DNA of 64,000 nt from Planctomycetaceae bacterium. GTDB taxonomy: Bacteria; Planctomycetota; Planctomycetia; Planctomycetales; Planctomycetaceae. The DNA lies in assembly GCA_046160425.1 (NCBI GenBank), contig JBJXGP010000363.1, forward strand, positions 1,061-65,060. Reading direction: 5' to 3'. Of the stretch, positions 35,824-45,403 are shown piece by piece (position 1 is the first letter of the stretch; the number at the start of each line of letters is the position of its first letter). The notes beneath the pieces are model-generated. The model searched no databases and was not told the DNA's origin. It saw only the letters and a program-made list of their open reading frames with translations. Both the position numbers and the translations under genes were made by a program.

Positions 35824-36057
35824 GTGTCGACTGTTGAGGAAAAGGTCGTAAGTATCGTTTGTGAGCAACTCGGAGTTTCTTCGGAAGAAATCACTCGAGA
35901 AAGTTCCTTCATCGATGACTTAAAAGCAGATTCTTTGGACGTCGTGGAACTCGTGATGTCTTTCGAGGATGAATTCTCGATCACCATTCCTGACGAAGAT
36001 TACGAGAAGATCCGCACGGTAGGAGACGCCGTCGAATACATCGAAAAGAAACAGTGA
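35824..36057 (+). CDS. acpP: acyl carrier protein
   Basis: (V/M)[76 protein letters not shown] with a DSLD phosphopantetheine site. GTG start with AGAGGAGAG upstream. Confidence 0.9.
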   Translation: MSTVEEKVVSIVCEQLGVSSEEITRESSFIDDLKADSLDVVELVMSFEDEFSITIPDEDYEKIRTVGDAVEYIEKKQ

Positions 36058-36203
36058 TTCTGCTTCGATCGTCGTCGTAGCCTCAACAACATCCGGCATT
36101 TGTCTCATAGAGATCGACCGGACGGGTTTATCGCGCCGAGCGTAATCAACATCATTCGTCGGTTTGTTCAATTCACGAGTCTGTCTGTTCAAAGAGTGGA
36201 CGC

Positions 36204-37448
36204 ATGCGAAGACGGGTTGTCGTAACGGGAATTTCAGTCGTCACTTCGCTGGCGTGCGATGTCGCGGAATTCTGGGACAAAATCTGCGCCGGTAAAAGCG
36301 GCGTCGGCCCGATCGAGCGTTTCGATTGCTCTGAATTCAAAGTCCGCTTCGGCGGCGAAGTCAAACACTTTGAACCCGCCGATCACTTCGATATCGATAC
36401 CAAAGAAATCAAACGCCTCGACCGATTCTGCCAGTTCGCCATCGTCGCCGCCCAGAAGGCCATCGTGAGCTCCGGCATCGATCTCTCTCAGGGAGATCCC
36501 TACCGCAAGGGGGTGCTGGTCGGAAGCGGCATCGGCGGCCTCAACGAAATTGAAGAACAACACTCCAAATTGTTCGACCGCGGACCCGCTCGCGTCTCAC
36601 CCTTCATGATCCCCAAGCTGATGGTCAATGCGGCGAGCGGCAATATCTCGGTCCATTGGCGGCTGCGCGGCCCGAACAGCGCCGTCGCCACCGCATGTGC
36701 ATCGGCAACGAATGCCATCGGCGACGCCTTCAAGCTGATTCAGAACGACATGGCCGATTTGATGGTCACCGGCGGCAGCGAAGCGGCGATGACCCCGATG
36801 GGCCTCTCCGGTTTTTCGCGCATGAACGCGCTATCGACGCGTAACGACTCGCCCCAGACCGCCAGCCGTCCTTTCGACAAAGATCGCGACGGATTCGTGC
36901 TTTCCGAAGGAGCGGGGGTGGTCGTGCTCGAAGAATACGAACACGCCATAAGCCGTGGCGCCCCGATTCTCGCCGAAATTATCGGTTACGGCATGTCGGC
37001 CGACGGGACGCATATGACAGCCCCCGATCCGGAAGGGACGGGAGCCGCGCGAGCCATGTTGCATGCCCTGCGCGATGCCCGCATCAATCCGGCGGATATC
37101 GACTACGTCAACGCGCATGGCACGAGTACTCCGCTGGGTGACAAGGCGGAATCCGTCGCCATCAAGACGGTCTTCGGATCACATGCGAAATCGCTCTCTG
37201 TCTCGAGCATTAAAGGACATCTGGGCCATCTGCTGGGCGCATCGGGCGGTGTCGAAGTCGTGGCCTGCGTGCTCGCCATCAAGGATCAAACCGCGCCCCC
37301 CACCATCAATCTGGAAAACCCGGATCCCGAATGTGACCTCGATTACGTGGCCAATGAATCCCGACCATTGAAAATTCGCCGCATTCTTAAAAACAGTTTC
37401 GGATTCGGCGGCCATAATGCCTGCCTCGTGCTGGAAAAAGTCGCGTAA
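36204..37448 (+). CDS. fabF: beta-ketoacyl-ACP synthase II
   Basis: RRVVVTGISVVTS...GPNSAVATACASATNAIGDAF (active-site Cys)...NAHGTSTPLGD...KGHLGHLLGASGG: an intact Cys-His-His triad. Confidence 0.9.
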   Translation: MRRRVVVTGISVVTSLACDVAEFWDKICAGKSGVGPIERFDCSEFKVRFGGEVKHFEPADHFDIDTKEIKRLDRFCQFAIVAAQKAIVSSGIDLSQGDPYRKGVLVGSGIGGLNEIEEQHSKLFDRGPARVSPFMIPKLMVNAASGNISVHWRLRGPNSAVATACASATNAIGDAFKLIQNDMADLMVTGGSEAAMTPMGLSGFSRMNALSTRNDSPQTASRPFDKDRDGFVLSEGAGVVVLEEYEHAISRGAPILAEIIGYGMSADGTHMTAPDPEGTGAARAMLHALRDARINPADIDYVNAHGTSTPLGDKAESVAIKTVFGSHAKSLSVSSIKGHLGHLLGASGGVEVVACVLAIKDQTAPPTINLENPDPECDLDYVANESRPLKIRRILKNSFGFGGHNACLVLEKVA

Positions 37449-37468
37449 CAGCTCGTGAAATGAGGTAG

Positions 37469-37490
37469 ACTGGCGGCTTGCCTGCCAGTG
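37469..37490 (+). repeat. solo copy of hairpin repeat unit A
   Basis: ACTGGCGGCTTGCCTGCCAGTG, 21 nt after the fabF stop. Same family as 15636, 16787, 52565 and 55737. Confidence 0.7.
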
Positions 37491-37595
37491 TGACTCCTTG
37501 AACGACCTGAAATCGCAGGTGAACAAGCTCCCCAAGGCATGCGTCGGTTTGCCTGACGTCGTCGATCAACGTGCTGCCTGTATCGGAAACCGCTG

Positions 37596-38989
37596 ATGGA
37601 ACTGAGTGCCGCTTACGGGATTCTTGTCCTCCTCTTCGGCTTGGGTCTGCTCACCGTACTGATCTATCGCGGCCTCAATATCTTCGTCGCCGGACCGCTG
37701 TGCGCTTTCGCCGTGCTGGTTCTGAGCGGGGCCGATCCGGTCAAGGGGATGGGCGAAGACTATATGACCGGTTTCGCCGATTACATGCGCAGCTTTTATC
37801 TGGTATTCATTTTCGGAGCCGCGTTCGGCAAATTGATGGAACACTCCGGTGGGGCGATCAGTCTCGCAGAAGCGGTCGTGCGCTGGCTGGGGACGCGATG
37901 GGCCTGTCTGTCGGTCGTCCTGGCGTGCGCCATCATGACATACGGAGGGGTCTCGCTGTTCGTCGTCGGCTTTTCGGTTTACCCGCTCGCATTGCGAATT
38001 TTTCGCGTCGCCGATCTCCCGCATCGCTTTATCCCGGCGACGATCGCCTTCGGGTCGATCACATTTACAATGACTTCGGCAGGGTCACCTGAAATTCAGA
38101 ATCTGATTCCGATCAAATATTTTGTCGACAGTCAGACGGGCGAAAAACTGACCGACGCCCGGGCCGGCTGGCCGGTTAGTATCATCGTATCGGGAATGAT
38201 GTTTCTCGTCGGGCAGATCTACCTCGAATGGGCGATCCGCCGCGACCAGAAGCGAGGCGTGAAATTCGATCGGCATGAACCGCCCGTTGGGGATGCGAAT
38301 TCAGTTTCTGCCAACTCGACCGGCCATTCGATCGACAGTTCCATGAATCGCCCGTCGGGGGGATGGCGTTAGTCCCATTATTGCTGACTTTGCTGGCGCT
38401 CAACTTGTTCCCTGCCATCGACTCCCGGTTCCCCGAAGATCCCGCGGTCGCGATTTTCGTCGGAATGATCGCCGCCGTGATTTGTTTCAAACGCTATCTG
38501 ATCTCGGTATCGGCTCCCATCTCGGAAGGTTTCGTCAACGGTTTTCTGGCGATCGGCGCGACCGCGTCGATTGTCGGTTTCGGCACGGCATTGAAAAGCC
38601 TGCCGGCGTTCAACCTGATCGTCGATTGGGTGACGCATCTGCCGATCGATCATCTGACGGCCGCCGCGCTGGCGGTAGCCATCATTTCGGGAATCGCCGG
38701 CTCGGCTTCCGGGGGACAAGGGCTGGCGCTGCCGATCATCAAACCGATTTTCATCGATACCCTTGGCGTGGCCCCCCGCGCTCTGCATCGCGTCGTCTCT
38801 ATTGCATCCGGTTCGTTGGATTCCCTTCCGACGAACGGCTACATCGTGATGCTCATCCGCCATATTTGCGGCGAAACCCATGCGAAAGCCTATGGACCGA
38901 TCTTCGTCACCACCGTGCTGGTTCCAGCCCTGGGGACCGTGCTGGCGGTCGTGTTGTTTCGAGCGTTTCCGCATTGGGGCTACTACTAA
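37596..38989 (+). pseudogene. GntP-family permease interrupted by a frameshift (two ORFs 37596..38372 and 38363..38989)
   Basis: The two adjacent overlapping ORFs (258 + 208 aa) are both polytopic. Together they have the length and N-terminal pattern (...FIFGAAFGKLMEHSGGAISLAEAVVRWLG...) of a GntP-type permease. The frames switch at a G6 run (38357-38362), and one extra G would fuse them. Confidence 0.6.
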
Positions 38990-39475
38990 AAGCGTTCGAC
39001 GGTAAAATTCATATGAACTCAAATTCGGCAAGGAAATGATTTCACTTCTGCCGTATTCACAAAACAGAGGGAGACTGGAATCCTGGGCAGCTTGAGCTGC
39101 AGATACCTTCACAACCTGATCTTGACCCTCTTCCCCACGTATGGCACACTCCGACCAATGCAAGCCCTGAGTTCCTGATGTTGCGTCAAACCGTACGGAA
39201 TGTCCGTGAACCTTAGCAGAGTCGTCCTGGCAATTCTGTGGGGCCAGGAGCCATTTTTCCCGCCTGCGAATGACAAAACGTGAACATGCGAACCCTTCAT
39301 CTCGCTTGCCCCCACAGCAAGCTCGGCTATAGTTGTACTTCTGCAAGGAGTTTTCGTGGGGCGAAATCGTCTTGCACAGGCTGGGGAGCCAGGTTTCCAT
39401 CTGCTGTCGTAACATGGGTCTGCGGCAGATGCCGAGATCGGTTTGTTTCTTTGTAAGCGGGTCATCAGTTTTCCT

Positions 39476-40780
39476 ATGAGCAACGTTCAGGAAGCAAAAC
39501 GGCGAGTGGTGATTACCGGTATGGGAATCGTCAGTCCCATCGGTATCGGTATCGATTCGTTCTGGAACAATTTGTCGAACGGCAAGAGCGGAGTTTCTAC
39601 CCTCGAAGTGCTGAAGGACTATGCTCTTCCCAATAACATCGGCGCGGAAGTCAAGGATTTCACGGAAGAGACCGCGAAGAAAGTATACCTCAAGGAACTT
39701 CGCAAGAGCCTCAAGGTCATGTGCCGGGAAATCCAGCTCGGCGTCGCGTCGGCCTGCATGGCTCTGGAGAATTCAAAGCTCGACTTGAATGCCATCAATC
39801 ATGAACGCCTGGGAATCGACTTTGGCGCCGACCTGATGCTCAGCCCGCCGGCAAATCTCAAAGATGGCTGCTTCGCTTGTTCGGATGACGAGTCCAAAGT
39901 ATTTCGCATCGACGATTGGGGAAAAAGCGGTCTCGATAACATGGAACCGCTCTGGCTGCTCAAATATCTCCCCAACATGCCGGCCTGCCATATCGGCATT
40001 TATGCCGACGCCCGCGGCCCAAATAACTCCATCACGCAGGCGGAAGCGGCGGGAAACCTGGCGATGACCGAAGCCTTTCATATCATCGAGCGCAACAACG
40101 CCGATATCATGATTGTCGGCTGTACCGGTTCGCCGCTGGTTCCTATCAAATCGATGCACGTCGCCACGTGGGGTGAATGTTCTTCCGGTCCGGACGTTCG
40201 ATGTCGGCCCTTCGATTTGAATCGAAACGGACAGGTATTCGGCGAAGGGGCCTGCACGCTCATTCTCGAAGAAGAGTCGCACGCACGCGCCCGCGGCGCA
40301 AAGATTTACGGCACAATTCTCGGCGGAGGAAGCTCATGCGTTTCGCCGGTGAGATCCGATGACGCGACGCGACTCGCTCTCGTCAACTCGATGAGACAGG
40401 CGCTGCACGATGCCGGTATGTCACCCCGGCAGATCGGGCACATCAACGCTCACGGCGATGGAACCCGTCGCCGCGATGAGCAGGAAGCCCAAGCCATTCT
40501 GGATGTCTTCGGAGAGGCGGGGCGGGAAGTTCCCGTGACGTCGTTCAAGAGTTATTGGGGGAATTCGTCGGCGGGATGTGGAATCCACGAGATCGCCGGT
40601 TCGCTGCTCGGCCTGAATCACGGATGCGTTCTTCCCACACTCAATTACGAGACGCCCGACCCGAAGTGCCCGCTCAATGTGGTTCACGGCAAAATGCTGC
40701 CGGTGACGAACAAGGTTTTCATCAAGTCCGACATCACGCCGATGGGTCAGGCGAGTTCGGTCGTCATCCAGGGTGCGTAA
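39476..40780 (+). CDS. beta-ketoacyl synthase-like protein with non-canonical active site (Cys->Glu, second His->Asn)
   Basis: RRVVITGMGIVSPIG... gives a KAS I/II-type fold throughout. Aligned by eye to fabF in this window, RGPNSAVATACASATNAIGDAF corresponds to RGPNNSITQAEAAGNLAMTEAF (GAA codon at 40043-40045). NAHGTST corresponds to NAHGDGT (His kept). KGHLGHLLGASG corresponds to KSYWGNSSAGCG (AAT at 40562-40564). Confidence 0.75.
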   Translation: MSNVQEAKRRVVITGMGIVSPIGIGIDSFWNNLSNGKSGVSTLEVLKDYALPNNIGAEVKDFTEETAKKVYLKELRKSLKVMCREIQLGVASACMALENSKLDLNAINHERLGIDFGADLMLSPPANLKDGCFACSDDESKVFRIDDWGKSGLDNMEPLWLLKYLPNMPACHIGIYADARGPNNSITQAEAAGNLAMTEAFHIIERNNADIMIVGCTGSPLVPIKSMHVATWGECSSGPDVRCRPFDLNRNGQVFGEGACTLILEEESHARARGAKIYGTILGGGSSCVSPVRSDDATRLALVNSMRQALHDAGMSPRQIGHINAHGDGTRRRDEQEAQAILDVFGEAGREVPVTSFKSYWGNSSAGCGIHEIAGSLLGLNHGCVLPTLNYETPDPKCPLNVVHGKMLPVTNKVFIKSDITPMGQASSVVIQGA

Positions 40781-40800
40781 AGCCCCGTCCGGCGCAAATC

Positions 40801-40841
40801 AAAAAAACCGCGGCCCGGTTCACAGTGAAACCGGACCGCGG
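40801..40841 (-). terminator. rho-independent terminator of the TPR gene (also a 3-prime hairpin for the convergent KS-like gene)
   Basis: Minus strand reads CCGCGGTCCGGTT-tcactgtg-AACCGGGCCGCGG followed by TTTTTTT. It starts 39 nt downstream of the TAG at 40880-40882. Confidence 0.65.
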
Positions 40842-40879
40842 AACACCACCTGGGTTCTGAAAACTTCGCATAGTTCGGA

Positions 40880-42433
40880 CTAGCGTTTTTCGATGATCGC
40901 CGGCTGGGCAGCCTGCTGAGTGTTCGAGAACTTCTTCATGTAGAATTCCGCACCGCGGTAGGCCCACATGTGCTTGCCCTTGCTCTCCATTGCCAGGCGG
41001 AAGTTATCCACCGCAGACGACGGATCGCTCGATTGCAATTTCTTGAGTCCGATGAAGAAGTGTGCCTCGCAAATTTTGGCGTCCTTTTCATTCGCAGGAG
41101 CCGCTTCGGCCACTTTAATCAAGTCCTGTTCGCTCATCGCACCCATGAGGTGAATGATCAGGTTGTCGACCCAGTCGCGTTGCACGACGGCACGCTTGAG
41201 GCTGTCGCTGAACCGCTGACGGGCGACGTCCTGCTGGCCCGTAACCACCATCGTCCAGTACTGCCACGTATTCAAGTGGCGGGCGGTCGAATCGAGTTCG
41301 AAAGCCTTGGCAAAAGCGGCCAGGGCACCGGGCTTGTCGTCCGACAGGAATCGAGCAAAGCCCATGTTGGCGATGGCAATCGAGTCTTTCGGGTCGTTAT
41401 CGGAAACGAACTTGTAGTCGGCAATCGCTTCCTGGAACTTGCCCTGAGCCATGAGCGCGTCGCCGCGAAGGGTGTGAACCCAGGCCTGTTCTGCATCCAT
41501 CTTCAACGACTGATTGAGATCGTTGATGGCGGCTTCGGGATCCCCTTCTTGAATCAGTGCATAACCGCGGTTCGTGAAGGCGCTGATGTGGTTCGGGTCG
41601 AGTTCGATGGCGCGGGTGAAATCGATGATCGCGTCCTGAACCCGTCCCTGCTTCTGCAGAAACATGCCGCGATTGTTGTAGACCACCGCATTGCTCGGAT
41701 ACGTTGCCACCGTCTTGTCAAAAATGTCCAAGGCTTCGGCATTCTTGCCAACCGCGGCATACGCTTCGGCCAGGCCGACCAGCGAACCGAGATTGGTGGA
41801 CACGAGTTTCACCGATTCCGCGAAGTCGACGACGGCAGCGTCGTTTCTCTTCAGGAAATTATTGATCGTGCCGCGTTGATAGAGAACATTGGCGCGATCG
41901 TCAGGCTTCAGATTGGTGCGTGCGAGAACCTGGGCGGCGATCTCCAGAGCCGATTCGGCGTGTTTGTTGTCCGATTCGATCGAGGCCAAGTTCACCATTC
42001 CGTATAAATACGGGAGATAGTAGTTGATGATCGTGCCGTTCGAAACGCGAATCGATTCGCGCGCGTCGGCGATGGCGTCCCGAATGAGCTTGGCGTCATT
42101 CCGGTTCGTCCCCAGTTCGGCGCGGGCGCTGGATCGGAGATACAGGGCCACGTGGTCCTTGGGATTCTGCGTCAGCACGCCGGTCGTCAATTGAATCGAG
42201 CGGGCGAAATCGCCGGTCGAATAAGCCTGTTCGGCTTCGATCTTGATGCGTTCGTGCGTCGGATTCAGAGGCTGCTGCGCCGGCGCGGCGGCATTCGTCG
42301 TATCGGTGACGGTTGGTGTTTCTTTCTTGGCGTCGTTGTTCTTGCGGAACTGAAAAGCTTCAGCCGGAGAATTCGTGAGACTGCACGCAATCACGCAAAG
42401 TCCCGCGGAATGTTTTATCAGTCGAGAGATCAT
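40880..42433 (-). CDS. secreted tetratricopeptide-repeat protein
   Basis: Signal peptide (MISRLIKHSAGLCVIACSLTNSPAEA), then many A..Y..A(I/L)..(D/N)P-type TPR units. Confidence 0.75.
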   Translation of the reverse strand: MISRLIKHSAGLCVIACSLTNSPAEAFQFRKNNDAKKETPTVTDTTNAAAPAQQPLNPTHERIKIEAEQAYSTGDFARSIQLTTGVLTQNPKDHVALYLRSSARAELGTNRNDAKLIRDAIADARESIRVSNGTIINYYLPYLYGMVNLASIESDNKHAESALEIAAQVLARTNLKPDDRANVLYQRGTINNFLKRNDAAVVDFAESVKLVSTNLGSLVGLAEAYAAVGKNAEALDIFDKTVATYPSNAVVYNNRGMFLQKQGRVQDAIIDFTRAIELDPNHISAFTNRGYALIQEGDPEAAINDLNQSLKMDAEQAWVHTLRGDALMAQGKFQEAIADYKFVSDNDPKDSIAIANMGFARFLSDDKPGALAAFAKAFELDSTARHLNTWQYWTMVVTGQQDVARQRFSDSLKRAVVQRDWVDNLIIHLMGAMSEQDLIKVAEAAPANEKDAKICEAHFFIGLKKLQSSDPSSAVDNFRLAMESKGKHMWAYRGAEFYMKKFSNTQQAAQPAIIEKR

Positions 42434-43688
42434 CTTCTATCGTTCCTTGTACTCAGGAGCCCAATGGGTATGCGAGACTATCGGACATGGTTTATTCGGA
42501 GGCGAACGGACCGTCGTTCGCGACGCGATCTTTCCGGGATGACAATTTGCCCGACACCCGCCATGTGGAGATACAGAATGTCACTGTGTCATTCTGGTCC
42601 AGTTACGGCAGGTCAGTTTTTGAAGCGTGAGGGGACCACAAACCTCATTCAAAGCCGATCTCGCAGGATCATCCTTCCAATCATTTCAGTTTTTTCAGGC
42701 ATAAGAGAATTCACTCCCCTCACACGAAAAATCGGCTGATTCGTCGCGAGAGGAAACGAAAATCAGATCGGTGATTTGGGAATTTTCGATACCGCCCTGA
42801 ACGATCCCGATCTCTGATACGAGTCCTATAACCCGAGCAATCGGGTCGCATTGATCCCTTATTCCTGCTTCTGTGAATAAGTGTCCCAGAGCATAAATAT
42901 CCTCAAGATTCACCAAGTTTCGCTGGGTCGGAGAACAGACCCGGTTGACCGGAGGCAGCCGATCCCTAAAATCTTTGTAATTGTCCGCTTATGCCAAATC
43001 TTTCGCGTGGGGGAGTCTCGAGAGTTTCATGAATTGGGCGGCGTGATGCTTGACATGTGGATTCAGGCATATTAACTTGTGCAGAGTTCTGCGACGAAAT
43101 TCTATCGCCATCATGGAGATGGTCTTTTCCGTTCAGAACCGTTAGATACGGTCAAAAGGCTTATGGAGCACTCGGTCGCGTTAACCCGAAAGACAGTCTC
43201 CCTAAACCATAAGGTTGTGTTGTTCCGCGATTTCGGAATAATTCGACGGGCTGACGATGTCTTCCGCCAGGGGAAGTGAATATGTAGACGGCTATGGAAT
43301 CGTTAGTTCCGTGTTGATTTTCCAGCCATTCGACCGTGGGCGTTTGTCTCCGGCAGAATGTCTGGTTCGCGAATATCGGAGAGAATTCGCGACGAAAGTG
43401 GGACATGTGCCCGCTTTTTTTATTAGATGTGACTGTTGAGCAATCATCGGGATGTTGAACGAACGGTAGAGAGAATCCTCGAACCGGTACGATCACTTGG
43501 TCGTTGGCGACCTGATCCACCGAATCGATACTTGAGAAGACTTCGGGTCAGCAAATCGTCGAAGCGTTAAATCATGCGGGACAATCGCTGAACCGCGAAA
43601 TCGCTTCGACGACCATCTGCGGATTCGACCCGTTGACAGGATATGGAGTTGATCGGTGGCCACGACGCCACTGTGCGAAAGGACGACC

Positions 43689-45116
43689 ATGAACGGCAAT
43701 GAGTTATTGCGAATCGTCGATGCGATCCATCGCGACAAGGGGATCGATAAGGAGATCGTCTTTGAAGGCATCGAGCAGTCCATCCTCTCCGCCATTCGGC
43801 GCCATTATGGGGAGGAATGCGAATACAAGATCAGCATCCATCGCGAATCGGGTGAACCGAGCGTCCAGGTCGACGGCCGCGACCTGACTCCCGACGAACT
43901 CGGACGCATCGCCGCTCAAACCGCTAAACAGGTGATGATTCAGAAGATCCGCGAAGCCGAGCGCGATTCGCAGTTCGACGAATATATGGCAATGCGCGGC
44001 CAGACGGTCTCCGGCGTGGTGACGCGCATGGAAGGGGGAACCGCATCGATCAACCTCGGCAAAGTTGAAGGGATCCTCCCCCGCGGCGAACAGATTCCCG
44101 GTGAATCGCATCGCGTCGGGGAACGGGTTCGCGCGGTGGTGCTCGACGTCAAGAAATCGGGGAGCCGCGTTAAAATCATCTTGTCGCGCGCGCATCCCGA
44201 TCTGGTGCGACGGCTGTTCGAACTCGAAATCCCTGAAGTCGCCGAACGCATCATCGACGTCCGCTCGCTGGCCCGCGAAGCGGGTTACCGCAGCAAGGTC
44301 GCCGTCTCGTGCATCGATAACAGCATCGACTGCGTGGGGGCCTGCGTTGGCGTCAGAGGTTCACGTATCAAGAACATTGTCGACGAACTGGCGGGCGAAC
44401 GAATCGACATCGTCCGCTGGAACGACTCGTTGCAGGTACTCGTTCCGAACGCTCTCCAGCCGGCTGAAGTCGAAGAAGTCATTTTGTGCCCGATGTTGGG
44501 ACGCGTCATCGTGCTGGTTCGCGACGATCAGCTTTCTCTGGCCATCGGCAAGAAAGGCCAGAATGTCCGTCTCGCATCGAAACTGGTGGGTTGGGACATC
44601 GAAGTCATGACGCGCGACGAATTGAACGAACAACTCGACAAATCGGTGCAGGCGTTTTCTTCGATCGCGCATATCACCGAAGACCTGGCGGAAAACCTCG
44701 TCTCCCAGGGTTTTTTCAGCTTTTATGACCTGTCGGTCATCGAACCCGATCAGCTCGCGGAACTGGGAGGCCTGACCGAAGAACAAGTTGACACCATCGT
44801 CGCCCGGGCAGACAAAGAAAGCATCCGCGAAGAGGCCGAGGAAGAAGCGACGCGACAATCCAAGCGCAATGCCATGATGGATTCGTCTCGCTCCGGCCGG
44901 AACGGCAAAGATGTCGTCGCTGCTGTGGAGAGCAAGCCCGTTACAGCCGAAGCCGTTTCGGAAACCGCCGAAACGGTTGCTGAAAATGTAGAAGCCGAAC
45001 CGGAAATTGCGGATGCCGACGCGGAGGACTCCATCGGTAACGTGGCTGAGACTCCGGTCGAAGAGTCCGGCATAACCGATGAAGAATCGGCCTCCGCCGA
45101 ACCTGGAAATTCTTGA
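43689..45116 (+). CDS. nusA: transcription termination/antitermination factor NusA
   Basis: [41 protein letters not shown]..., S1 and KH blocks (...[18 protein letters not shown]...) and an acidic C-terminus. AAGGA lies upstream of ATG 43689. Confidence 0.9.
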   Translation: MNGNELLRIVDAIHRDKGIDKEIVFEGIEQSILSAIRRHYGEECEYKISIHRESGEPSVQVDGRDLTPDELGRIAAQTAKQVMIQKIREAERDSQFDEYMAMRGQTVSGVVTRMEGGTASINLGKVEGILPRGEQIPGESHRVGERVRAVVLDVKKSGSRVKIILSRAHPDLVRRLFELEIPEVAERIIDVRSLAREAGYRSKVAVSCIDNSIDCVGACVGVRGSRIKNIVDELAGERIDIVRWNDSLQVLVPNALQPAEVEEVILCPMLGRVIVLVRDDQLSLAIGKKGQNVRLASKLVGWDIEVMTRDELNEQLDKSVQAFSSIAHITEDLAENLVSQGFFSFYDLSVIEPDQLAELGGLTEEQVDTIVARADKESIREEAEEEATRQSKRNAMMDSSRSGRNGKDVVAAVESKPVTAEAVSETAETVAENVEAEPEIADADAEDSIGNVAETPVEESGITDEESASAEPGNS

Positions 45117-45403
45117 CGAATCAAAAATACAATGTCCTATCTCATCAGGGGAGAATTGAAAAGCCGACACTTACCCACTGACCGAACGATGACTTTTTGA
45201 ACGCCATGCGCGGTTGATCGAACCCGCCGGCGTCACCGCGATGGGTCGTTTGCAACCTCGATTGTCCAATCGAATGACTGCGGTAACAGTCGACAACTTT
45301 TACCGCAATCGTGGCACTAAAACGACGACTTACCCTCCTTACTGCAGAATTTCCGCCGACTGTCCCACACGCGTACAGCCGGCTAAGTGATAGAGGTATT
45401 AAC

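Noticed and set aside
42695-42916. 73-aa minus-strand ORF and neighbouring 60-66 aa ORFs (42881..43075, 43079..43279, 43257..43439) in the ORF-poor region
   Set aside because: They have no recognisable motifs or ribosome-binding sites, and their frames overlap one another. There is insufficient evidence to call them genes. They may be remnants of decayed coding sequence.
43436-43692. Attempt to assemble a frameshifted rimP from short frames upstream of nusA (e.g. a TTG-initiated MSNHRDVERTVERILEPV...)
   Set aside because: Only a faint resemblance (ILEPV) to the RimP N-terminus. The available coding space (~85 codons) is far too short, and no SSPG-type core motif is seen in any frame. The region is reported only as ORF-poor.
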